Shown here piece by piece: positions 28,509 to 41,330 of a stretch of DNA of 64,000 bases. The notes below the pieces were generated by a model. The model was not told the origin of the DNA, did no database searches, and saw nothing but the letters and a program-made list of their open reading frames with translations. The DNA lies in contig OX597822.1 of assembly GCA_951406725.2 (NCBI GenBank), positions 43,710,001 through 43,774,000 of the forward strand, read 5' to 3'. The DNA comes from Octopus vulgaris. Lineage: Eukaryota. A program made the translations under genes and the position numbers. Each line of letters begins with the position of its first letter. Positions within the stretch are counted from its first letter, which is position 1.

Positions 28509-29877
28509 CTCTCCAGTGAAGATATCCTTTTTATCTTTCATTAAATTGCGCTTTTATGCATACGTGTCCAAAACGTTGATCTCTTCGTGTGGTAATTGGT
28601 TGATCTGTCACTATCTGTTGTCTACAGAGCTGCACACTTTTTCGATGTTTATCCGACTTACTCTGGTTCACGTTCTCTATGTGCATGTATGTTTTCGATA
28701 GCAGTATATACTATATAGAATACATTCGAGATACTATATTTACAATCTAAATATTCTTATGAATTGTCTCTTAGCACATCAGAGTTTCTATGTTGATTTT
28801 AAATTTTGAAACAATCCCAGCAAATTCCTGGCAAAAGTATAAATCGACTACATCGACCCTCAAAGCTCAACTGGTACTACTTTTATCCACCCCATTAAGG
28901 ATGTAAGGCAACGTCGAACCGGGCGGTATTTGATCTCATATCGTTAAGTCAGAAGAAATGCCGCTAAGCATTTTGTCTGGCGATTCTGCCACCTCGAAAC
29001 ACTGACCAGGGTTTCCATATTAAGACGAAATAGAAAGTAAATTGTAAATCGATCTTTTGCCGCTGCTTTATCTGTCTTTTGGCGACAGTTGTTATATTTC
29101 GAAGTTGTCAATAGAATTGTTCTATCTGGTACTGTACGACCCCCAGTCATACAGAGTTAGTATCTTCAAAAGGTTGGATCGTTTTAACGTCCACTCAGTA
29201 TCACGGTATAATCACTATATCAGCACAGACACGATTATCAACATAGTCCACACGTACTCTCAACCTTCCTGACCATCTCCTGTCGACTGGCTAACTGGTG
29301 TATTTATAATGGCTGCCTACTACCACATTTTACTGGGAGGGGTGTACTGTTTCACTATATAACATAAATGTTATCCAAAGATTAACTAAAATCAATGACC
29401 CTACATGCAAATACTTTCATAGATTCACATAATTTATGGACCAACAATCTTATATTCGGGTAAAATACTCGAAAATGTGGTTTCATAAAGAAGAATGAAA
29501 AACCAAAGAAACAGTGGGGATGTAAGCTACTGCCCAATGTCCTAATACTTCCTTCGTCACCTTCTGTATCAGGAACATATTTATCGACGTCTTGACATTT
29601 AAAACTTCTTATACCAAAATTTGCAGTATTGCGCACTCTGATTGCCTGCAACACATCGTTTGTGAATTTTCCCTTGTCGAAATTATGTGATAAAGTCAAA
29701 CGTGCATCAAATATAGATGCTACAATATACATAATATTTGTAACCAGAAAATTAAATATTACATCACTTGGAGCCTTTAGTGGAATATTTGAAGAGCGTT
29801 TAATGTTTTGCTAAAAATGCCGGCAAAGTTTATAAACCTAATAATAATTTGTACACTCAGCTAGAATGACATACCTG

Positions 29878-29962
<85 letters not shown>

Positions 29963-29963
29963 A

Positions 29964-30000
<37 letters not shown>

Positions 30001-30227
30001 GCCTGTCGGTTTGTCAGTCTGGCTGTCGTCTGTCTATACATATATACAGACGTTAGTTTTACAATTACATTTAAATAAATTGTTTTTATAGTGAAATTAC
30101 ATATAAGGTTAGGATTGTATTCTAACGGTGGAAACAGGTGCAGAACACAATTAAATTATGAAACCTCTGTGAAAAGGATTTTTTCTGCTCTTTATAACAT
30201 GTTGCCATGATAAATCGATTTAACCGA

Positions 30228-30317
<90 letters not shown>

Positions 30318-30575
30318 GTTTAAATATTTGTTGTGCAAGATTTTTTATGTGAAGTCGTGTGTTGAAACAGATATTGTTATATTTCGGAATGGTCATATTG
30401 CCAGTTTAGCCAATAAGGAGAGACACAAGTAAGTGAGAAGAAAACAAAGGACCACTGATGCGGTCACAGGAGTGTGACGAAAGAACTTGGCCGAAATAAG
30501 ATTAAGATTAATGTAAAAAATAAATATCACTGAAGCAAATAACACCAAATATATAGTGCGTGTGTTTTTATTGGC

Positions 30576-30609
<34 letters not shown>

Positions 30610-30903
30610 TATATGTAACTATATTACACTTACGAATATTGTGTAATACGTGGGTAATTAATAATATGCTAATAACTGTGCTCTTAAATATATTGTATTT
30701 ATTTTATGAAGCTTAAACACTAATTGAATATATTAAATACAGGTCTGAATTTGTGTATGTATGTGCTAGTGTATGCGTACATGTAAGAGTGTATATCTAT
30801 TTAACTATCAACATATGTGTGTGTGTTTGTTTATACACACATATATATATATATATATGTATATGTATGTAAATATTATGAATGTAGGTATATGTGTATA
30901 TAT

Positions 30904-31116
30904 ATTAAAATACGCAACAAGGATATCCAGAGGTAATGTTGTACGATCGTTTCATGCAACTCTATTAAATGGAATTGCATAAAACGATCGTACTGCATTA
31001 CCTTTGTATATCCTTGTTGCTTATTTTGATTTTAATCACCTTACTTTGAAATTGTATGGATATAACGTACTAAATTCTGGTGCCTCAACTTAAGTACCAT
31101 ATTCATATGAATCTAA
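30904..31116. mobile_element. Fold-back insertion carrying the 3' half of an HHR (GAAAC-GATC-GTA)
   Basis: Inverted arms 30904-31030 around gtacgatcgtttcatgca / tgcataaaacgatcgtac. A second copy lies at 31463-31670. Confidence 0.75.
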
Positions 31117-31292
31117 ATTTTTGCTACACACACACACGCACACACACACATACACACCCACATATGTATGAATGTATGTATGTATTAATGTATATATATA
31201 CTTGTAATATGAGGATAAAAGTTTTCAAAACAAATTTTATCAGTGGCCAGCTTATTAAAATACCTTTCAAGGTGAAACTATAAGCAATTATA

Positions 31293-31456
31293 AATAAGGG
31301 CAAAAGGAAAACTTTTTAATGTTAATATGCTCAAAAATTGACCTCAGAACTTCTAAACGCACACAATATTTATAGTCAAAAATATTGTATGTGGTTATAC
31401 GTTCTAAGATCTATTTTTCAGTATATTGGCAGAGAAAATTTTTCTCTTGCCCTTAT
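31293..31456. mobile_element. Small palindromic MITE-like element
   Basis: ataagggcaa...ttgcccttat termini with imperfect pairing throughout. Confidence 0.5.
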
Positions 31457-31462
31457 ATATAT

Positions 31463-31670
31463 ATCAAAATAAGCAACAAGGATATCGAGAGCTAATGTAA
31501 TACGATCGTTTCATGCAACACGTAGCATGAAACGATCGTACTGCATTACCTTTGGATATAAGGATATATTTTGCTTATTTTGATTTTAATCACCTTACTT
31601 TGAAATTGTATGGATAATACCATACTAAATTCTAGTGCTTCAACTTAAGTACCATATTCATCTGAATCTA
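31463..31670. mobile_element. Second fold-back copy of the 30904 family with a different inversion point
   Basis: tacgatcgtttcatgc-aacacgta-gcatgaaacgatcgta, with the same downstream tail as 31030-31116. Confidence 0.75.
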
Positions 31671-31888
31671 TCTATCTATCTTTCTCTCTATATATGTATG
31701 TATAAATTTATATATATATAAATTTGTATATAAAATTATATGTATATACACCTTATCGGTGTCACATACATATACTTAATGTAAACGGATGTATTTTGCT
31801 TAATTGTTTTAGGTGGCAATATTTCGTCTAGGAAAGCTCTCTTTTTAGTCGTTGAGTGTTAAAAAAAAAACATAGAACAGCTGAGAAA

Positions 31889-33065
31889 ATCAGGCTGTAC
31901 AGAAACTGTACGATCATTTTGAGGGTACATTTTTCAGTAGAAATACTCTAATAAGTATAACTTTTTACAATCGATCGTTTTCTTTGTAGATTACTTTATA
32001 CTGTAACGGTTAAATTCATATCGATTTTACCATTTTGAAGTGAGATTATAGCAGAGCCATATCAGACACTATATTGTGTGTGGATTCAAACAAATGGGTC
32101 TTCAGTCATAGAAGCAACAAGCAATATTCGTTTTGTTTACGGTAATATCACTGTACACGCTCGAATATGCCAAAGATGGTTTGTCCAACTTTGGTTGGGA
32201 CATATTTTCTTTTTCTCACAGACTAAGTTCTGTCAATATTGTTTTTCTGAAAACTGTATTTGAGGACAATCCAAAAATTGATTCAAATATAGAACCAAAA
32301 GTATTTGAATTCAAGTCACACTTCAATCATAAATAACCTTCAAAAACAAGGAAAAGGGTCTAAAAGGCTCTTTGACTCTCATCCTAATCGAACAGTTGCA
32401 CTATGCTCGGCATTGAAGTGTAGACTGGTTACCAAATCTTTCCTGGTTTGAATCATTGTCTGTGATGAAAAGGTTGTTCTTTATAATCGTACTCTACGGG
32501 AGGAAAAGAATTAGAAAAAGTTAGTATCAAATAAAGTAGGAGAATCCATCTAGGACAACATTAAAAAATGTTACGTTCTGTGTTTGGTGTGAAATTTTAA
32601 ACCAAAATGAAACAATTAATGCCGAGAAATGTTTGGGTCAATAGGAAACATTGCAGAAAAATTATTGAATATAAGCGTAAAAGGATGTTGCTCTTACACG
32701 TTGATGCAAGGCCATATATTAACCAACTATGAAAGAATTAAGGTACAAAATAAGGAGGTTTTGCGTCTGGCTCCTTACTCTACTGATCCTGCTGCATCTG
32801 GCTATCAAATTTTCAAATCATTGCAACTTTATTTTGAGGGCAATCATTATTAATTGTAAAGAAATTTAAAATGATGTTGAGTGTTTCTTTGCTTCGAAAC
32901 CTGAAGCATTTTACGCCCGAGAGATCAACAATTTGCCAAATAGGTGGTATAATGTTATCAATAATGACAGAAAATATTATCTTAATTAAATTTATAAATT
33001 AAAACCAAACAAGAATTTCTTTTCCTACATCTTAAAATTCAATAGCAGTTTCTTTTCAACCTAAT
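31889..33065 (+). pseudogene. Decayed mariner transposon (DD34D-type transposase relic)
   Basis: EATSNIRFVYG..ICQRWF (HTH), IVCDEK..LYN, LLHVDARP-like motif, EVLRLAPYSTDPAASGYQIFKSLQ (YSPDLAP motif) and FFASKPEAFY..INNLPNRW. Degenerate TIRs atcaggctgtacagaaactg / cagtttcttttcaacctaat. Confidence 0.85.
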
Positions 33066-33089
33066 GTGTGTGTGTGTGTATATATATAT

Positions 33090-33470
<381 letters not shown>

Positions 33471-33772
33471 ACAATCCATCCCTTGTAGATCTTTTGGTGT
33501 CGGTACTTCTAAAAGAACAGTCGTAACGAAAAGCGGAACAGCGTTGGTGACTGGAAAATATTGGCTACTATCGCTAATGTTACGCATACAGTAGACCCCC
33601 GCGAGCGAGATTACTACCAAAGTGGTCCACATCTTTATACTTTGGTTGTCGGACTGACAAAAGCAACCAAAATGATTTAATGTTCATGGTTTCCATTGCA
33701 GAAAAAGATACCTTTGGAACAAACCTTGTGTAAGAAGTAAGCATCTTCTAATCTCTCTCTTTGTATTGTAAA

Positions 33773-35098
33773 GGAGGCGGCGAGCTAGTGAGATCATTAG
33801 CGTATCGCATACAATGCTAAGCGGCATTTCGTCCGGCATTTTACAGTATGACTTGAAATGCCGCCTTAGTCGACTTCACCTTTCATCCTTTCGCAGCCGA
33901 GGATGTATCATGTAAACATATACATCATGTTCATATAATTGAACACCTACTACCATCAAAATTGTTGGTCTTGCGCCGAAATTAGAAAAGGGTTATGTGT
34001 AATCTAAAGGAGATAGATTAAGTAGAAATCTTAACATAAGACATTGATGTTGTATCACAGCCGTAGAAGGCGGCGGGCTGGCAGAAACGTTAGCACGATG
34101 GGCAAAATGCGTAGCCGTATTTCGTCTACCGCTACGTTCTGAGTTCAAATTCCGCCGAGGTCGACTTAGCCTTTCATCCTTTCGGGGTCGATTAAATAAG
34201 TACCAGTTACGCACTGGGGTCGATGTAATAGACTTAATCCGTTTGTCTGTCCTTGTTTGTCCCTTCTGTGTTTAGCCTCTTGTGGGTAGTAAAGAAATAG
34301 GTATTTCGTCTGCAGTTACGTTCTAAGTTCAAATTCCGCCGAGGTCGACTTTGCCTTTCATTATTTCGGGGTCTATAAATTAAGTACCAGTTACGCACTG
34401 AGGTCGATGTAATCGACTTAATCCCTTTGTCTGTCCTTGTTTGTCCCCTCTATGTTTAGCCCCTTGTGGGCAATAAAGAAATAACAAGTTTTCATGACAA
34501 CCAGACCTTTGGAAACATTCATGTAGCTGAACGCTAAAGATTATATTTTTATCAAGATGTAACTCCGTAACGTGGTCTTCTTGGCCTCAGTCAAGAGGAA
34601 GTAGTGCAGGTGTTCTCTACCACATTCTGACAAAACCATGGTTTTATCATTCCCAGCCTTCGTTTACCATCTCCGGCTTTTCTATCTTCCCGTGAACTCT
34701 TTCTATGTAGCAATTAAAGATCAGCTGTTCTTTAAACAATTCTTATGCTTCTTAAGGCGGCGAGCTGGAAGAAACGTTAGCAAGCCGGGCGAAATACTTG
34801 GCGGTATTTCGTCTGCCTATACGTTCTGAGTTCAAATTACGCCGAGGTCGACTTTGCCTTTTATCCTTTCGTGGTCGATAAATTAGGTACCAATTGCGCA
34901 CTGTCCTTCTTTGTTCTCGATGTGTTTAGTCCATTGTGGGTAGTAAAGAAATCGGTATTACATCTGTCTTTGCGTTCTGAGTTGAAATTCCGCCGAGGTT
35001 AACTGTGCCATTCATCATTTCCAGTTGCGTACTGGGGTAATTATAATCGATGGGCTTCCTCCCCCAAAATTTCGGGCTTTGTGCCTAGAGAAGAAAGG
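33773..35098 (+). mobile_element. Cluster of family B SINEs (33773-33895, 34068-34485 with duplicated body, 34755-35098)
   Basis: Head ggcggcgagctggcagaaacgttagc, B-box-like gagttcaaattcc, body gccgaggtcgactttgcctttcatcctttcggggtcgataaattaagtacc. Confidence 0.85.
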
Positions 35099-35456
35099 AA
35101 TTCTTATGCTTCTTCTTCTCGGCTTCTGCTCAACTTCCTTAGATGTCAGCCTAGCCTTTTCAGGGTGCTGGCCTCATCTCTAATGACTGACACAACCGTG
35201 TAACATGTTGCACTGAAAGTGACGTTCCACAAATAATAACACACACGCGGATGAACATAAATGTACGTTATACATACATCTGTCACTTGTGTTTTAAATT
35301 CTGTCAGGCAGCAGCTGGTCTTGAAAGACATCTGAGCGCTCATCAACGGAGGGATTGTATTATATGGTTGGGTGTGGTGTGTGTGCTGATGGCATGACTA
35401 TCATCTGTCAATATGAAGCAATTATCATTATATATCTCTGTGTGTGTAAGTGCATA

Positions 35457-35535
<79 letters not shown>

Positions 35536-35539
35536 TTAC

Positions 35540-35568
35540 ATATAAGAGATCAAAGTGTACGTACGCCG

Positions 35569-35618
<50 letters not shown>

Positions 35619-36141
35619 GAAAATGGGACAAGAACGCAAAGCATCCAGATATGTGATGCAAAAAGGGGGACAACAAAACATCCAGACAGATGATACACAA
35701 AAAACAAGGACGGGTCATTTGAAGTTTTGTTTCCTCAGTCGAGTTCCAGATTATCTTTGCAATTTCGGCTGGTTATACTCGAGATTGCTTCAATCTGCCC
35801 AGACCCAAGGAAAAACTAAGCTAAGAGAATTAGATTCCTCAGAAGAAAGCAGCGAATGTATACGAAAACAAGGACTGGAAATAACGGACAATGTTAAACA
35901 AATACAAATAACAGGCCATAACAGCAGGTGTTATGGGACGAATTAAATTTAGCTGGCGTGTGTGGAAGTAAAGCCTTACGGCAGGGATACAAGTTTTCAC
36001 AGGCACAGGGAAGAATATAGATGCTGCACGGACAGCGGCCGAACCGAGAAAGAAAGAATAAAAGAAGGGAAGAATAGAATCCTACAAGATTTAGATAAAT
36101 ATACGCTGACATATATGAGACCAAAGTGTACGTACTCCGCT

Positions 36142-36186
<45 letters not shown>

Positions 36187-36218
36187 AAATGGGACAAGAA
36201 CGCAAAACATCCAGACAG
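35540..36218. repeat. Tandem unit of about 566 bp with terminal redundancy
   Basis: caaagtgtacgtac.ccgct-(TA)n-aaatgggacaagaacgcaaa.catccaga occurs at about 35551/35621 and 36122/36187. Confidence 0.7.
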
Positions 36219-36256
36219 CTACAAAAAGAGGTGTATATATACTATAAAAGTATATA

Positions 36257-36287
<31 letters not shown>

Positions 36288-36859
36288 GTATGCATACATA
36301 CACACATATGTGTGTTTCCTTCCTCAATCGCTTGACAAACGGTTTTGGTTGTTTACTTACCTGTAACCTTGTAGTTCTGCAAAGGAGCCCGAAAAAGTAA
36401 GTACCAAACTGGAGTTGATTTGTTCGACTACATCCGCCAAGATGCTGCCCCAGCATGGCTGCAGTGTAATAACTGAACAAGTAGAGTATAAAGGACAAAT
36501 ATATATATCTATGTGTGCGTGCGTGGGGGCGCGTGTGTGTGCGCGCGCGGTGCGTGTGTGTGCGCGCGTGTACTTTTAGATGAAGAAGATATCAATATAT
36601 ATATATAGAATTACTCTTTGTTCTGTTGTGTTGTGTTATTAAACAGGACTTAGTGAATCAATTATTCGCTACTTAGAGGATTACATTATGTTGGATCCGA
36701 TTCTGTACGCAAGAAAACAGTGGACAGGAGTGGATGATGTTATTTAGCAGGGTAAAATAAGCAACAAGATAAATTATTCGGATGATACAATTTTTTATAG
36801 TGGTCACTGGTCCATATGACAATGGTTGGCGTGAAGATAACGTGTTGCTGGCGGTTTAT

Positions 36860-37230
36860 TCTCTTCTACTCTAGGCACAAGTCCCGATATTTTAGGGGCG
36901 GGTACTGGTCGATTATATCGAACCCAGTACGCAACTGGTACTTAACTTATCGACCCCGAAAAGATGAAAGGCAAAGTCGACCTCGGCGGAATTTGATCTC
37001 AGAACGTAAAGAAAAGCGAAATAGCCCTAAGCATTTCGCCCGGCATGCTAACGTTTCGTATTCCTTTACTGCCCACAAGGGGCTACACACAGAGGGGACA
37101 AACAAGGACAGACAAACGGATTAAGTCGATTATATCGGGCCCAGTACGTAACTGGTACTTATTTAATCGACCCCGAAATGATGAAAGGTAAAGTCGACCT
37201 CGGCGGAATTTGAACTCAGAACGTAAAGAC
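36860..37230 (-). mobile_element. Two family B SINE copies
   Basis: aaagtcgacctcggcggaatttga occurs twice. Confidence 0.85.
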
Positions 37231-37314
37231 AGACGATTCGCTGGCGGTTTATTGATAGATTGATGGGGAATCTCTGTAGAAATGGTTACTTCGGTTACCA
37301 ATCTTCCTGGATTT

Positions 37315-37735
37315 CTTTTACTTGCGTCAGTTATTTCACTGCGGCTATACTGGAGCACCATCTTTAGTCGAATAAATCGACCTCAGGACTTATTCTTTGT
37401 AAGCCTAGTACTTATTCTATTGGTCTCTTTTTGGCTAACCGCTAAGTGATGGAACGTAAACACACCCTCATCGGTTGTCAAGCGATGGTTGGGGGACAAA
37501 CACAGACACAAACACACACATACATAAATACACATACATAGATACATATATATATATATATATATATATACGACGGTCTTCTTTGTGTTTCCGTCTACCA
37601 AATCCACTCACAAGCCTTTAAGCGGCCCGAGGCTATAATAGAAGACACTTGACCAAGGTTCCATGCAGTGAGACTGAACCCGGAACCATGTTGTTGGGAA
37701 GCAAGGTTCTTACCACACAGACACTCCTGCGCCTG
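37315..37735 (-). mobile_element. Family A SINE, full length
   Basis: Complete tail, body and head (cttaccacacagacactcctgcgcc). Confidence 0.88.
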
Positions 37736-38709
37736 TAGAAGATATTGAAGATATTATTGTATGTGACTTGATTGTTGTCAAGTATAAGAGGTAGGGCACC
37801 ACATGTTAGTTATACGGATGGTGTTGATCTTGTTTGTATAGCATGTATTAGCAGGGATTTGTTTTGATGCCTACATACATTCATAAGTTCTGCTAGTATT
37901 AACCATAGTATATAGATGTGTTACATCAAGATAGTTTATCTCTCAGTGGAACATACAATACATGTATTTACTCCATTGCAATTTCAGCCATTTTGTAGAT
38001 TACAGAAATCATGATAATTCAACTATACTTTAGTTACTAGATGTTTTGAGAAAAAAAGGTAATGGTATTACTACATTTCGGGACGGTCATATTGTCAATA
38101 GATGCACCTGCACTGGTTATATTTTACTTCACTTATATTACCACTCAACTGAACAATTAGTTGTTTAATCGATTAACCTGTCAAAGATTTGTCCTGGCGG
38201 TCTATGAGAGTGTTTCGCACCATGGATTAGTTATCCAAGTTACAAAAAACAGGTGAAGGAAAAAACCAATTTAATTGAAGTTTAACTTCTCTCAGTAAAA
38301 TAATTGTTTACGCAGATGTAGAGGAATTTAAGAAACTTCAAACAGAGCGGCGTTCTTCTAGACACATTCACAGATAGTTTTAGACACAAACACATACTAT
38401 GCAGATAGGCTGGTGGAGACATATACATATATTTGTTGATACAATCACAAATAAGAGTACATGCGCCTAAGCAAAACCCACACGCAAGCAAACGCGCACA
38501 TATAGACAGATACGTTAAACGTGCACGCGCGCACACACGCACACAGAGGCACGTGTACACACAGACAGACAGTCAAACAACACTCCAAGGCAGATTGCAA
38601 TCGTTTGAGCAAAGAACAACAGACTTGTCTTGAAGCACAACAAAACAAAGCGATGAAACGGAACTGGGTCAATCGTTCACCTGGCCTAAGAACGTAATGC
38701 TGGTGGTGA

Positions 38710-38749
<40 letters not shown>

Positions 38750-38810
38750 GCTGCTGCTGCAGGTGCTGCTGCTGCTGCTGGTGCTGCTGCTGGTGCTGGT
38801 GCTGCTGCTG

Positions 38811-38904
<94 letters not shown>

Positions 38905-39150
38905 TAATAATAATATCAATAATAATAAATAATAATAATAGTAATAATACTAATATCAACAACAATAGGCATAAGGCCTGAAATTTGCGTGGAAGGGTAA
39001 GTCGATTACATCGATCTCAGTGCATAACTGGTGCTTATTTAATCGACTCTGAAAGTCTGAAAAGCAAAGTCGACCTCGGCGGAATTCAAAATAAGTATTT
39101 TGTCCGTTGTACTAACGAGTCTACCAGTGTCCTGCCTTAATAATACTTAC

Positions 39151-39218
<68 letters not shown>

Positions 39219-39285
39219 TGATGATGATGATAAATAATAATAATAATGATGATGATTATGATAAATAATAATAATAATAATAATG

Positions 39286-39351
<66 letters not shown>

Positions 39352-39362
39352 TTGATAATAAT
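38710..39362. repeat. (CTA)n/(CTG)n/(AAT)n trinucleotide arrays flanking a family B SINE fragment (about 38965-39137, minus strand)
   Basis: Direct repeats, and aaagtcgacctcggcggaattc at about 39066. Confidence 0.9.
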
Positions 39363-39639
39363 TTGAAATTTCAGCACAAAGCTTCGGGTGCATTTTGAGC
39401 TGCGAACGTAAAACATTTTGTTCATCGTGCCAACTCGTCGTCTTCATAGTAGTAGTAGTAGTAGTAGTAACAACAGCAGTAGCAGTGATATATCCCAAAG
39501 GCAAGAACGGAGCTTTTAACAAGGTTATGCACTTGGCAATTATTTATGGCGGCCTTAGAATCTCTGCCGCAAAATTTGGGTATAAACCTTGAAAAGATAA
39601 ACGTTAATGTTTGTGTTGTTGTTGCTGTGTAGAAAGCCG

Positions 39640-39960
39640 CTTTACTTGGTTCGGCAAGCATTATTTGAAAGTATCTGATACAAAGTTTGAGTTGCTATAA
39701 AAAGCGTAAAAAAAGATTTTTTTTTATAGTAGAACGCGTTTTGTATAGCGTTCATATCTGTCCCACTTTGCATCAATGATTTTCTGTATAATTTTCGTTG
39801 AACCAGTAAACATATTTTCTGCACTGGATCTATTCCAGTTGAGAGTTAGTTTCTCCAAGCGTTGCTCAAAAATCGTTTGCCACGATTCCCTAGACCTCGC
39901 TAATAGTTGGCAACATCGAGACATTGATAACATTTAGTTCCAGCATTCCAGGATTAGTTT
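39640..39960 (-). pseudogene. Possible highly decayed Tc1-like transposase C-terminus
   Basis: Minus-strand ELNVINV (PDLNVIEN-like) followed by LAR...LNWN...KIIQKIIDAK. Weak similarity only. Confidence 0.3.
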
Positions 39961-40389
39961 TGGAAAATAAATTTTGGGAAAACTAAATTTGAAACTGGAA
40001 ATGGGAAAAATGTAAGCACAGTTTGTTTGGTTGGTTCAGAAAGAAATGTTTGGAATATCTTTGAAACAAAGTCAGAGAAATATTCCATATAAATTGGGTT
40101 TTTTATATAAGAGAACAGACAAAATGTCGAACATCCTAAGCCATCCGTTGTGGTCCGAGAAAAAATAAAATTCAACCAGTTGCATGGATACGTGCAACTT
40201 CAGAAAAACAATGATAGCAGTTATTCTTAATTATTTTGACACAATGCTACAAGTTTTGAGGGAGGGGGCAAGACGACCATAATACTTTACTGGTACTCCA
40301 TTCTATCGTTTCAGGAAAGGACAAGAAGCAAAATTGGTGCTCAGAAAATATGCATTCATGCATACATATACACATATATACATATGGTT

Positions 40390-41330
40390 TACGTTCTAAC
40401 TAGCCCTTTTAGCATGTAAGGAGTCCTGTCAATGGTCTCCCCTTTGTGTATAAAAATATTTTATACAGTTTTATATTTTAAAAAATATCCTATGCCTTCT
40501 GACTTTTATTTCTGGCACTTTCCTTTTGTTATAGCATGTTTGATTAAACTTTGTATATTTTTGTTATTAAGCTCTGCCAGTCGTTTCTCTCGTCTGATAG
40601 GATGTGTGACTAGTGAGCATATGCGCCTTGCCATGTTAAATGGTATGTTCCTTTTAGTATGGGAAGGGTGGCAAGACCTACAATCTAAATATTGGTGTGT
40701 GTCTGTGTTCTTGTAGTAGAGGTCAGTTATAACTGTCTAATTTTCTTTAATTATAAGGATGTCCAGAAAGGGGAGTTCATTTTCATTCATTTCCATAGTA
40801 AATTGGAATGAGACTTGAAAGCTATTTATTAATTTAAGAAAATTTTGTAAAGTCCTCCTTGCTTAAGTTTCAAAATATAATTCTACTGCTTATAGTCCAT
40901 ATATATAAGAGAAATATATGTATAGAAACTAGTTACGTCAAAGCTAACTATACTCTCTCTCTCTCTATCTACCCTTTCTGAGATATGGTTTAAGGAGTGC
41001 ATGCCATCTCTGATGAAAGTGGGAACTAATCTGCATAAAGGTTTTGAAATTATGTCCAACAAGTTGCTTAATATTTGGGTGCTGGCTGCTGGTCCTGCAA
41101 TAGTTGGACGTTATTTAAGATCAGTTGGTTTGGGAATCTTTATATATGGATTACGGAAGTCTTTTAAGCTGTTGTTGATCTGTTTGGATTTATGGATTTT
41201 AGGAAGTCCATAAAAATTATTTGTTTTCACTTCAAAATTAGTGAGGTAATCTAACTCCTCTTTTGTTAGGTCATACTTGAATTTGTTGGTAAATTTGGTC
41301 ATTAAGTTGTTCTAAGACTGTTTCCCTGTA
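40390..41330 (-). pseudogene. Decayed, internally deleted Penelope-like RT
   Basis: FYGLPKIHKS...RPTIAGP...LSNLLDII.KPL...VPTFIRD, then QFTMEMNENELPFLDI and TDLYYKNTDTHQYLDCRSCHPSHTKRNIPFNMARRICS. Confidence 0.88.

Noticed and set aside
29382-29732. 116-aa minus-strand ORF as a gene or transposase
   Set aside because: No recognisable motif in the frames I read, so no call can be supported.
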